A DNA stretch of 64,000 bases, from the NCBI GenBank assembly GCA_016794305.1, contig JAEUKN010000003.1, positions 6,707-70,706 of the forward strand, given 5' to 3'. Shown in pieces: positions 37,103 to 46,800 of this stretch. The DNA comes from Alphaproteobacteria bacterium (lineage in GTDB: Bacteria > Pseudomonadota > Alphaproteobacteria > Micavibrionales > Micavibrionaceae). A program made the translations under genes and the position numbers. The notes beneath the pieces were generated by a model that ran no database searches, had not been told where the DNA came from, and saw nothing but the letters and a program-made list of their open reading frames with translations. Position 1 is the first letter of the stretch, and each line of letters begins with the position of its first letter.

Positions 37103-37156
37103 AGCCTGTTTGTGATCTTCTTAGACGGGTTGCGGAATGGAGATCACAAGCAGGCT
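37103..37156. repeat. mini inverted-repeat hairpin related to the MITE termini
   Basis: agcctgtttgtgatct ... agatcacaagcaggct, 16-bp arms with one mismatch around a 22-nt loop. The arms resemble the MITE TIR (aacctgttcatgatct). Confidence 0.7.
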
Positions 37157-37207
37157 TTAAAGCAAAAATAGGGCGAAAATAAATCCTAAAGCAGGTTAAA
37201 TGATAGC

Positions 37208-38152
37208 ATGATCATCGTTTTTGGCTCCATCAATATGGATTTTTCGATTGTGCTCGACCAATTGCCGGGCCCGGGGGAGACTGTGTTGTCGCAGGATTAT
37301 ACCCTCACGCCGGGTGGCAAGGGCGGGAATCAGGCATTGGCCGCGGCGCGTTACGGTGCAAAGGTCGCGATGATCGGGCGTGTGGGTAATGATCATTACG
37401 GCAAAACCGTGCGTGAGTCTTTGAAATCAAACGGGGTTATGGTGTCGGGCGTTGCGATATCGGATACGCATCCCACCGGATGTGCGATGGTGGCGAGCGC
37501 CCGCGGCGGCGAAAATCAAATTATTGTGATGTCGGGCGCGAATATGGAGGTCATTCACGATCAGGTCCCCGACGAAATTCTGATGCCGAAAAATATCCTG
37601 CTCATGCAAATGGAATTGCCGATGGTTCAGGTATGTACGTTATTGGTGCGTGCCAAAGAGCGCGGGGTAAAGACCATCCTTAATCTTGCGCCTGCGCTCA
37701 CACTTCCGCAAAAAGCTCTGGGGCTGCTGGATTATTTGATTGTCAACAGCATTGAGGCACGGATGCTTGCGGAAAAGCTGCACCTCACGCAAAATAATAA
37801 TGCGGTGAAAATGGCTCAGGCTCTGGCGATTGCGGGGCAGCTCACCTGTATTGTGACCTTGGGTGCGCAAGGCGCGGTGGCGGTTACCAAGGACGGGGAG
37901 GCATGGGGCGTGCCGATTATGCCGCTAGACCAATCGCAAATTGTTGATACAACGGGCGCGGGCGATGCGTATTGCGGCACGTTTGCGGCGGCACTCCATG
38001 ACGGGAAAACACTGCCGCAGGCGTTGCGTTTGGCGTCCATTGCTGGGAGCCTGACTTGCCTTAAACGCGGAGCCCAAGCAGCGATGCCGTTTTCGGATGA
38101 TATCTTAAAACACTTGCCCAACATGCCCGAAGCAGCGCACATTAAAGTTTAG
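37208..38152 (+). CDS. rbsK: ribokinase (PfkB family)
   Basis: 314 aa. MIIVFGSINMDF, PGGKGGNQALAAAR and DTTGAGDAYCGTFAAAL. Confidence 0.75.
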   Translation: MIIVFGSINMDFSIVLDQLPGPGETVLSQDYTLTPGGKGGNQALAAARYGAKVAMIGRVGNDHYGKTVRESLKSNGVMVSGVAISDTHPTGCAMVASARGGENQIIVMSGANMEVIHDQVPDEILMPKNILLMQMELPMVQVCTLLVRAKERGVKTILNLAPALTLPQKALGLLDYLIVNSIEARMLAEKLHLTQNNNAVKMAQALAIAGQLTCIVTLGAQGAVAVTKDGEAWGVPIMPLDQSQIVDTTGAGDAYCGTFAAALHDGKTLPQALRLASIAGSLTCLKRGAQAAMPFSDDILKHLPNMPEAAHIKV

Positions 38153-38184
38153 GCCGTGTGGTCGTGACCGTGCAATTTAAAACT

Positions 38185-39375
38185 CTACCTTAAAATATAG
38201 CCGGTTACGGCATTCAGGCACCGCGCGCCGCGCCGGGTTGTGCGCAGAAAATTCGGGTCGGAGTCGATCATTCCTTCGGTCCGCAAATGGTTAATCGCCG
38301 CCATGTTTAAATATTTTTGCGGTTCCCCTTGGGTTTTCTGATTGAGCTCATCGGCACTGATCCCCTCACGCAACCGTAAGCCCATCATCAAAAATTCATC
38401 AAATTGGGTTTGCGGGTCTATTGCTGTAAACTCTTGTAACCCGACTTCAGAGTCATCAATTTTTTTCAGCCAGATTTCCGGTGCGCGATGATCCCGTGTG
38501 GCGTATTTTTGGGGGGGTTGTAGTGGATCGCTTGGTCGCAGCGTAATACGGCCATGCGCCCCCGGTCCTATGCCGAGATAATCTTGATATCGCCAATAGG
38601 TCAGATTGTGCCGTGATTCTTGGCCCCCGGCCGCATGATTGGAAATCTCATAGGCCGGCAGTCCGCGCGCATTCATAATGTCTTGGGTGAGGTCATATAG
38701 ATCGGCGGCCAAATCCTGTTCAGGGATTTGAAATTCCGCCCGTTGGTGGCGGGTATAAAATGGTGTGCCCTGTTCGATGGTGAGTTGATAGAGCGAGAAA
38801 TGCTGCGCAGCATTTTTATGCGCCGGGGCGTTGCAAATTTCTAATGCTTCCTCCAACTCCTCCTGCCATTCATTCAAACTCTGGTTCGGGCGGGCATAAA
38901 TCAGATCAAAAGAAATCCGATCAAAAATTGTGGCGGCGGAGCGTATGGCCGCTATGGCTTGGGGGACAGAATGCTCCCGCCCCAAAAACTCTAAATCCCG
39001 CGTGCGAAGTGATTGTACCCCGAGTGAGAGGCGATTGACTCCACCGCGGCGAAAATCTTCGAATTTTTGCTGTTCAAATGATGTCGGGTTGGCTTCTAAT
39101 GTGATTTCACACTCGGGCGTGAGTCCCCAATGATCACGAATAAATTGGATGATCGCGGCGGTGGTGGAAGGCGCCATGAGGGAAGGGGTCCCGCCGCCGA
39201 AAAATACCGAATGTATGTGGCGGTCGCGCGTTTTTTCATGCCAATATTTTAAGGAAGTCAGGTAAGCTTTGGCCCATCTTTCATGGTCAATTTGCTGCGC
39301 AACATGGGAATTAAAATCGCAATAGGGGCATTTAGATTTGCAAAACGGCCAGTGAATGTAAATGGCGAGCGACAT
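38185..39375 (-). CDS. hemW: radical SAM heme chaperone HemW (HemN-like, oxygen-independent coproporphyrinogen oxidase family)
   Basis: 396 aa. YIHWPFCKSKCPYCDFNS (CxxxCxxC), GGGTPS and NRLSLGVQS. Conserved rph-rdgB-hemW context. Confidence 0.88.
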   Translation of the reverse strand: MSLAIYIHWPFCKSKCPYCDFNSHVAQQIDHERWAKAYLTSLKYWHEKTRDRHIHSVFFGGGTPSLMAPSTTAAIIQFIRDHWGLTPECEITLEANPTSFEQQKFEDFRRGGVNRLSLGVQSLRTRDLEFLGREHSVPQAIAAIRSAATIFDRISFDLIYARPNQSLNEWQEELEEALEICNAPAHKNAAQHFSLYQLTIEQGTPFYTRHQRAEFQIPEQDLAADLYDLTQDIMNARGLPAYEISNHAAGGQESRHNLTYWRYQDYLGIGPGAHGRITLRPSDPLQPPQKYATRDHRAPEIWLKKIDDSEVGLQEFTAIDPQTQFDEFLMMGLRLREGISADELNQKTQGEPQKYLNMAAINHLRTEGMIDSDPNFLRTTRRGARCLNAVTGYILR

Positions 39376-39394
39376 TGGGAAGTCTCGACGTGCC

Positions 39395-40003
39395 CTAAAG
39401 GGTCTTCAGATAGGATGCGAACGCGGCAAAGGCACGGCCGCGGGCGGAATAAGTCTCCTTTTCCTCCATGCTCATTTCACCAAAACTGCGTAGCTCGCCA
39501 TGCGGCACAAAAATTGGATCATAGCCAAAGCCGTTTTGCCCGCGCGGGGGAAAGTGCAATGCTCCGTCACTCGTGCCTTTAAAAATATGGGTGTTGCCGG
39601 CTTCGTCAATATAGGCCAAAACACAGACAAAATGCGCGGTTGCACCGTCTGTTTCTACATTATTTTTCTCTAACCGTTCCTTGATCATGTGAAAGGCCTG
39701 ATCAAAATCCTTGGCGGGACCGGCCCAATCGGCCGAATACACACCCGGATCACCGTTCAGCGCATCAACACATAATCCGCTGTCATCCGCCAAGGCCGCG
39801 CGGCCCGTTTGCTCCGCCACAAATCGCGCCTTGATCAATGCGTTGCCTTCAAAACTATCCGCAGTTTCCTCCGGCGCCGATAAGTTATAATCCGCAGCAT
39901 TTTTGAGGGTGATATGACCAAGGCCCGCGGCACACATCATGCTTTGCAGTTCCACCAATTTACCCTGGTTGTGGGTTGCGAGGATGATGTGATCAGGTTG
40001 CAT
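39395..40003 (-). CDS. rdgB: non-canonical purine NTP pyrophosphatase (ITPase)
   Basis: 202 aa. [48 protein letters not shown] and GFGYDPIF. Confidence 0.92.
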   Translation of the reverse strand: MQPDHIILATHNQGKLVELQSMMCAAGLGHITLKNAADYNLSAPEETADSFEGNALIKARFVAEQTGRAALADDSGLCVDALNGDPGVYSADWAGPAKDFDQAFHMIKERLEKNNVETDGATAHFVCVLAYIDEAGNTHIFKGTSDGALHFPPRGQNGFGYDPIFVPHGELRSFGEMSMEEKETYSARGRAFAAFASYLKTL

Positions 40004-40775
40004 CGCTTTGGAGTCCTAATGCTTTTTGTTGCAGCATTTTAAGGTCCGTGCAGCCCTTTTTAGCGAGTTGCAAGAGATCATCAAATTCGGCTTCGGTAAA
40101 GGGGGTTTTCTCCGCAGTGGCTTGAATTTCTACCAATCCGCCGCTCCCCGTGATCACGAAATTGGCATCGGTTTCGGCCGTAGAATCTTCGCTGTAATCC
40201 AAATCCAGATAGGGTTGCCCGTTGCAAATACCCACGGAAATGGCGGCCACACTATCGCGCAGGGGAATGTCCTTTAAAAGTCCAATGCTGCACAAATACT
40301 CAAAAGCCTGATACAGCGCAACATAGGATCCGGTAATGGCCGCAGTGCGTGTGCCGCCATCGGCCTGCAGCACATCGCAATCAATGCGCACCTGACGTTC
40401 CCCCATTTTTTCAAGATTGACCACGGCCCGCAGTGCGCGCGCGATCAAGCGTTGAATTTCCTGGGTGCGGCCGGTTTGCTTGCCTTTCGCGGCTTCACGG
40501 TCGGTGCGTTTTTCTGTGGCACGCGGCAGCATCCCATATTCCGCCGTGATCCACCCCTTGCCCGAATTTTTCATCCAACCGGGCACGTTTTCCTCAATCG
40601 TTGCCGTACAGAGCACATGGGTGTCACCGAATTTAATCAGGCAGGACCCTTCGGCATGTTTTGATATGTTGGTTACAATTTCCACCTGGCGCAGTTCATT
40701 CGCGCCGCGCTGATTTTGACGCAGAAGGGACGATGGGGCGGTTGAGCGGGCAATTTTTGCTGCGGGCGCGGTCAT
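39993..40775 (-). CDS. rph: ribonuclease PH
   Basis: [51 protein letters not shown] and [18 protein letters not shown]. The 260-aa frame carries a ~20-aa N-terminal extension, so the true start may be internal. Confidence 0.9.
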   Translation of the reverse strand: MTAPAAKIARSTAPSSLLRQNQRGANELRQVEIVTNISKHAEGSCLIKFGDTHVLCTATIEENVPGWMKNSGKGWITAEYGMLPRATEKRTDREAAKGKQTGRTQEIQRLIARALRAVVNLEKMGERQVRIDCDVLQADGGTRTAAITGSYVALYQAFEYLCSIGLLKDIPLRDSVAAISVGICNGQPYLDLDYSEDSTAETDANFVITGSGGLVEIQATAEKTPFTEAEFDDLLQLAKKGCTDLKMLQQKALGLQSDAT

Positions 40776-40853
40776 GTGCGATGTATCCTTATGTGATCGT
40801 GTATGATGAAAGGTGATTGGGCGTGAGTGGGTAGGAAATGAATGAGAAAAAAC

Positions 40854-42311
40854 TCAACATGCTTTATCCAGTGTAATTTGTTCTTGTTGGGCTTTCAGGC
40901 AATCAGTCAGCTCAACCGGGTAATCCCCCGTAAAACACGCATCGCAATATTGCGGTTGGGCGGTGTTTCGCGCGGCTTCACCCATTGCGCGATAGAGCCC
41001 GTCAGTGGAGATAAAGGCCAGCGAGTCCACCGCAATAAAATCTGCAATGTCCTGAATGCTATGGCTGGACGCCAATAAGTCTTTACGCGATGGCGTGTCG
41101 ATGCCGTAAAAACAGCCGTGAGTGATGGGGGGGGAGGAAATGCGCATGTGAACTTCGCGTGCGCCGGCCTGACGCATCATTTCCACGATTTTTTTGGATG
41201 TCGTGCCACGCACAATGGAGTCGTCAACCAAGACGATGCGCTTGCCTTCAATTGCACCGCGATTGCCGTTATGTTTGCGCTTCACGCCCAAATGGCGGAT
41301 TTTTTGCGTGGGTTCAATAAAGGTCCGCCCGACATAGTGATTGCGGATAATGCCGAGTTCAAACGGTATCCCTGTTTCCTGGGCATATCCCAGGGCCGCG
41401 GGCACGCCGCTGTCGGGCACAGGCACCACCAGATCAACATCGCAGGGGGCTTCTTGGGCCAAAACTTGCCCAATTTTTTTGCGCATCTCGTAAACTGATT
41501 TATTGTCAATCACACTGTCCGGCCGCGCGAAATAAATATATTCAAAAATGCAGAATTTTGAGGCCGCACGGGCAAAGGGACGATGGGATTGCACCCCTTC
41601 GGGCGTGATCACTACCATTTCACCCGGTTCAATGTTGCGCACAAATTCGGCACCGATAATATCGAGTGCGCATGTCTCAGATGCCAGAATATGCGCCCCG
41701 TTCAATCGCCCCAACACCAGCGGGCGAAATCCGTTCGGGTCGCGCACGCCGATCATGCGGCCTTCGGCAAAACAGATAAGGGAATAGGCCCCTTTGAGCG
41801 ATTGAAGTGATTCAACCAATCGTTCCAAAACTGTTGGCTTTTTGGAAAGTGCCACCAGATGGATGATGACCTCTGTATCCGATGTGCATTGAAAAATCGC
41901 CCCGCGATGGATAAGTTCATCACGGATTGTCATGGCATTTGTCAAATTGCCGTTATGTGCCACGGTGAATCCGCCAAAGGACAGTTCAGCATAGAGCGGT
42001 TGCACATTGCGCAGCAAGGTTTCACCCGTTGTCGCGTAACGGTTGTGGCCGATCGCATAAGGCCCCTGAAGTTTTGAAATAATGGCCGTGTCGTTAAAAA
42101 TATCATCGACCAACCCCAGGCCGCGATGGACAAAAAATTTCTGCCCGTCATAGCTGACAATGCCCGAGGATTCTTGCCCGCGATGCTGAAGCGCGTGAAG
42201 CCCAAGGGCCGTGAGTGTGGACGCATCCTCATGGCCGAATACGCCGAATACGCCGCATTCTTCGTGCATTTTATCCGTTTGCATGGTGCTTGTCTCGCTT
42301 ATCTCACTCAT
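40854..42311 (-). CDS. purF: amidophosphoribosyltransferase
   Basis: 485 aa. Propeptide followed by CGVFGVFGH (Ntn Cys). PRT motif IVLVDDSIVRGTT. C-terminal Cys ligands (CFYGIDTP, CDACFTG). Confidence 0.93.
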   Translation of the reverse strand: MSEISETSTMQTDKMHEECGVFGVFGHEDASTLTALGLHALQHRGQESSGIVSYDGQKFFVHRGLGLVDDIFNDTAIISKLQGPYAIGHNRYATTGETLLRNVQPLYAELSFGGFTVAHNGNLTNAMTIRDELIHRGAIFQCTSDTEVIIHLVALSKKPTVLERLVESLQSLKGAYSLICFAEGRMIGVRDPNGFRPLVLGRLNGAHILASETCALDIIGAEFVRNIEPGEMVVITPEGVQSHRPFARAASKFCIFEYIYFARPDSVIDNKSVYEMRKKIGQVLAQEAPCDVDLVVPVPDSGVPAALGYAQETGIPFELGIIRNHYVGRTFIEPTQKIRHLGVKRKHNGNRGAIEGKRIVLVDDSIVRGTTSKKIVEMMRQAGAREVHMRISSPPITHGCFYGIDTPSRKDLLASSHSIQDIADFIAVDSLAFISTDGLYRAMGEAARNTAQPQYCDACFTGDYPVELTDCLKAQQEQITLDKAC

Positions 42312-42367
42312 CAGGTTATCGGGGGTTATCGCTTATTGTTATCTTTTGGTCCGTTTATAGTTATAGG

Positions 42368-43348
42368 CTAATTATTATAGGGTTTTGGGTTGTTGCTATA
42401 TGGTTCTAATGGCGGTTCCAATGGCTCTTCCAAATTTTGTTTTTGATCCTGATACGGGTTTTTCGGCGCAGAATTTATGCCCTCCTGCCCGTCTGCTTCC
42501 TCGCCTGCTTGCGGCTCCACCGATATATCCTTCATATCCTTAATCAGTCTATCCAAACCCTTGCGTTCATTGTTCTGATACCCGTCCGCTGCTTCGGGTG
42601 ATTTAGCGCCCTTTTCAGGGGATGACGCAGGTGACCCTTGATCTTCTTTGCCCTGCTGATCAGGGCTTGAGTCTTTGTGATCAGAGCCGTTTTCTTCGCC
42701 TATTTTTTCACCGGTTTTTTCACTCATTTTTTCGGATGGCTTAATGCGTTTATCGCCGAGCAAGTCTAGCTCTAACAATTTCTGCCGCGCATCTTTTTGC
42801 CGCTCTTTATCCTCTTCGGGGTGGTCGGTGGGCAGGTACGACAACATCCACAGAGTTACTTTTTCAATATAGGGAATGGTTTTGGAATGCTCAAACCAAT
42901 CTTTTTTATTGTCATCACTTAAAATCAGATGAAACGGCAGGTAAATCAACCCCAACAAAAACACACCGCGCACGATGCCGAATAAAACCCCCAAAGTGCG
43001 GTCAATCGGCCCAAGCCCAATAGCATGAGCGGAGGAGGAGAGGAAATAGCTTGCGAGTTGCAACGCCAAAAACACCGCGACAAACACGATAAAATAAGCG
43101 GTGGCATCGGCGGCAATATTGGCGGGGATCAGATCGAAAAGTTTTTCCGGCTCTTTCCCCTCAATCACCCCAAACCATTGGTGCGTATAGGGGCGCAGCA
43201 GCGGCCCAAACATAATGGCGGCCAAAACGCCGCCCAAAACACCAAAAATGGTCAAAACTTCGCGAATAAGCCCGCGGTAAAAAGAAACAGCTATTGAAAT
43301 CAACAGGATTACAACAATCCCAATATCAACAAAGGTAGAAATTTCCAT
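42368..43348 (-). CDS. cvpA: CvpA-family membrane protein with a long low-complexity C-terminal extension
   Basis: The N-terminal ~165 aa form a 4-TM CvpA core (DIGIVVILLISIAVSFYRGLIREV...). The conserved cvpA-purF pairing is present. The C-terminal ~160 aa are rich in E/K/D/P/S. Confidence 0.8.
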   Translation of the reverse strand: MEISTFVDIGIVVILLISIAVSFYRGLIREVLTIFGVLGGVLAAIMFGPLLRPYTHQWFGVIEGKEPEKLFDLIPANIAADATAYFIVFVAVFLALQLASYFLSSSAHAIGLGPIDRTLGVLFGIVRGVFLLGLIYLPFHLILSDDNKKDWFEHSKTIPYIEKVTLWMLSYLPTDHPEEDKERQKDARQKLLELDLLGDKRIKPSEKMSEKTGEKIGEENGSDHKDSSPDQQGKEDQGSPASSPEKGAKSPEAADGYQNNERKGLDRLIKDMKDISVEPQAGEEADGQEGINSAPKNPYQDQKQNLEEPLEPPLEPYSNNPKPYNN

Positions 43349-43535
43349 GGATAAACCCCAAAAAGGCCGATATAGGATTAAAAACCTATCCCCAAGCCTG
43401 TTTCCGAATGCTCATTATCTTATTTAAAATTATATGTTTCAAAAAAACTTTGGTAGATCGTTTTGGTCTTGTTACTTGGTATTGTCACGTTGTTAATACT
43501 TTAAAATGCAACAAAAATCAAGGATTGAGCGAAGT

Positions 43536-43640
43536 CTAGAGCATTTTGCGATTAAGTGGAAGCCGGTTAATCGTAACAAAATGCGACAAAACAAATACTT
43601 AGACCATTTTTTCGAGTCTACATAACCGAAAAATGGTCTA
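43536..43640 (-). repeat. 104/105-bp dispersed repeat, copy 2 (inverted relative to 30536-30639)
   Basis: ctagagcattttgcgattaagtggaagccggttaatcgtaacaaaatgcgacaaaacaaatacttagaccatttttt...aaaaatggtcta. Confidence 0.9.
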
Positions 43641-43835
43641 ATAATTTACGCTATTTTGGCGTCACCGAAAAGTGCGAGGGGTTCAAGCCAAAAATTACAT
43701 AAATTACCATATATCGTTAATTAGTCACTAAAGCCGGAGTGGTAAACTGGATAGTGGACATCGTGTATGTGCGATGGGGCCAGTATGGCTGCGAGTATCA
43801 TAAACCTATGAAAACTGTAACGAGAGCGGTATTGA

Positions 43836-46800
43836 GTGTATAGGATGGGGCGAAAGTCTAGGGTTAATTACCTTCGTACAACGGCGTTGAGTGCCCTGAT
43901 CTGTTTAGGCGTAGGGTTAAACTCGGGCGTTGGACCCGCTGTGGCTGCGCCGCAAGACGGGGTGGTGGTGGGCGGAAGTGCCACCATAACCTACACCGGA
44001 CCAAAAACCGATATTCATCAAAGCACACAGCGCGGAATTATTGATTGGCGCGGATTTGATGTGGGAACAAGTGAAACGGTAGAGTTTCATCAACCCAACA
44101 GCACGGCGACAACTCTTAACCGTGTCAACGCTGCCAATCCATCGCAAATTAACGGTCAAATTAAGGCCAATGGGAATGTCATTCTTGTTAACCCCAATGG
44201 CGTGTTTTTTGGGGGAAGCAGCCGCGTGGATGTGAATTCGTTGGTGGTCACCAGCGCGGATATCGCCAATACCGATTTTATGAGCGGCTTAGATCAATTC
44301 TCAATCCCCGGTTCCCCTGATGCCAAAATTATTAATGAAGGCGTGATTACAGCCAAAGAAGGTGGGTTGGTCGGGTTGGTTGCTCCGCAAATTGAAAATT
44401 CCGGATTGATTGAGGCAAAATTGGGTAAGGTGCAGGCCGTGTCGGGCGATACGTTCACACTTGATCTCTATGGCGACGGATTAATCAGTGTGGCCGCGGT
44501 GGGGGATTTGAATACCCAATTGGTAAAAAACAACGCATCGGGCGTAATTCGGGCCGATGGGGGCGTGATTGTGCTTTCGGCTGCGGCGGCGCGTAATAAT
44601 ATTAACAATCTGGTGAATAATGAGGGATTGATTGAGGCCCGCACCATCTCCACTCGCAAGGGTAAGATTATTCTGGGTGGGGCGGAGACTCGGATGGTGC
44701 AAAACACCGGCAAAATTTACGCAACCGGTTCTGCTGTGGAGGATGGCGGGGATATTGAAATTGCGGCAAAATTTGTGGGGTTGGGCGGCGAAGTTCGTGC
44801 GGATGGTCAAAATGGCGGCACAATTCAGATCAAAGCCACCACACTATCTCTGGCGGATCAGATTTCCGCCAAGGGGTTAAACGGCCATGGCGGGACCATT
44901 ACTCTGGATTACAATGATATGTGGGAGACTTCGACGTCCTATCTGAATGTCGATGGCGCAACCAATGGCGGTAAAATCCTCTCTATCGGGTTGGATAATA
45001 TGGTGTCCTCCGGCCATTATTCGGCCCTAGGGCTGGGCGGTAAGGGTGGGCAGATTGATATCACGTCGCCGGGAATCAGGATGCTCTCAACTGAGGTCAG
45101 TGCCTCGGGTAAAACGGCGGGCGGATTAATTCGAATTGGTGGGGAATATCAGGGCGGCAAAGGCTTGCCCGAAGACCAATTACCCAATGCGCAGATTGTA
45201 ACCCTTGATCGCGGCACGCGCATTAAAGCGGACGGGGAAGATGATATCGCCGAGGGCGGTACGGTGATTATTTGGTCGGATATGGATACAATGATGCTCG
45301 GCACAATTTCGGCCATCCCCGGTAAGATTGCGGGGACGGGGGGATTTGTTGAGGTGTCTTCGGGGGATGTCCTAACCTATGGCGGGGATATTCAAACCGG
45401 CAATGGCACAGGCAGCAACACCCGCCCGGGGACAATCCTCTTTGACCCTAAAAATATCGTGATTGCCAGCAGCACCTTTAACCCCACCGCCATTATTATG
45501 GGGCGTGGACACTCCAGCCCCAATGTGGATTTACCGAATTTGAATAATGGTGGCGCCGCCTTTGGTACGACAGTTTCCTTAGATGGTAACCGTATTGCGG
45601 TCGGTATTATTGAAGATAATGGGGCCGATGATAGTACTGGTCGCGCGGGGGCCGTTTACTTATACTCATTCACGAATTCCACATTTTCAGGCGGCGTGTT
45701 AGAGGGAATTATTGGTTATGGGTACGTTGGGCCCAAAAGTATTAATGCTTCGCAGTTGGGGGCTAATGATCAATTCGGGCGATCCGTTTCCTTGAATGGC
45801 AACAGGCTGGCTGTAGGAGCAAATGGAGATGATGGAAATAATAACAGCGTGACCGATTCGGGTGGCGTTTATTTATACAGCTTTAGTGATAGTAGTTTTA
45901 ATGGAGGTGCCCTTCAGGGTCGCATTGGCACCGGTTACTCAGGAACAAGAGATTATAACATGACGGGTGTTCTGGGAAATTCAGACGCATTTGGTTATGC
46001 TGTTTCCCTTGATGGAACCCAGTTGGCAGTGGGGTCTTGGGGTGGTGACGGATATAATAACGCGGTCACGAATTCAGGAGATGTGTATTTATTCAGCTTT
46101 TCAGATATGAATTTTTCGAGTGGGGTATTGCAAGCACGTATTGGACATAATTATACTGGTCCGAAAGACATCAATGTTCAATTAGATACATCTGATTCAT
46201 TCGGCACTGCACTCTCTTTAGACGCCAATCGCCTTGTGGTGGCCGCTAGAAGCGGGGACGGGTTTAATAATACTACAACGAATTCTGGCGAAGTTTATTT
46301 ATTTAGTTTCTCTGATTCCACATTTTCAGGCGGCGTATTGCAGGGGCGGATGGGAAAAGGCTATACCGGTACCAAAGATGTTAATCTTTCTTTGGATGCT
46401 ACAGATGCGTTCGGCTATGGTGTATCTCTAGATGGTAATAGATTGGCCATAGGGTCTTATCAAGATGACGGTAATGCAAATTCTGTTGGGAATAGTGGTG
46501 CTGTGTATCTCTATACATTTACCGATTCTGTGTTTTCGGGTGCTATATTGCAAGGGATTATAGGTAATAATTATGGGATTTTAGGTGGTAAAAATCTTTC
46601 TAGGCCCAATGAGTCTGCCGGCTCGGATCAATTAGGTACAGCCGTCTCACTAGACGGTAACAGGCTTATCGTAGGTGCTGCAGGTGACGATGGGCCTAAT
46701 AATGAAAACACCAATCAGGGGGCTATTCATTTTTATACATTTACCGATTCTAGCTTTGGTGGTGGAGCTTATGCCGGATCCTTAGGAAATTATTACACCA

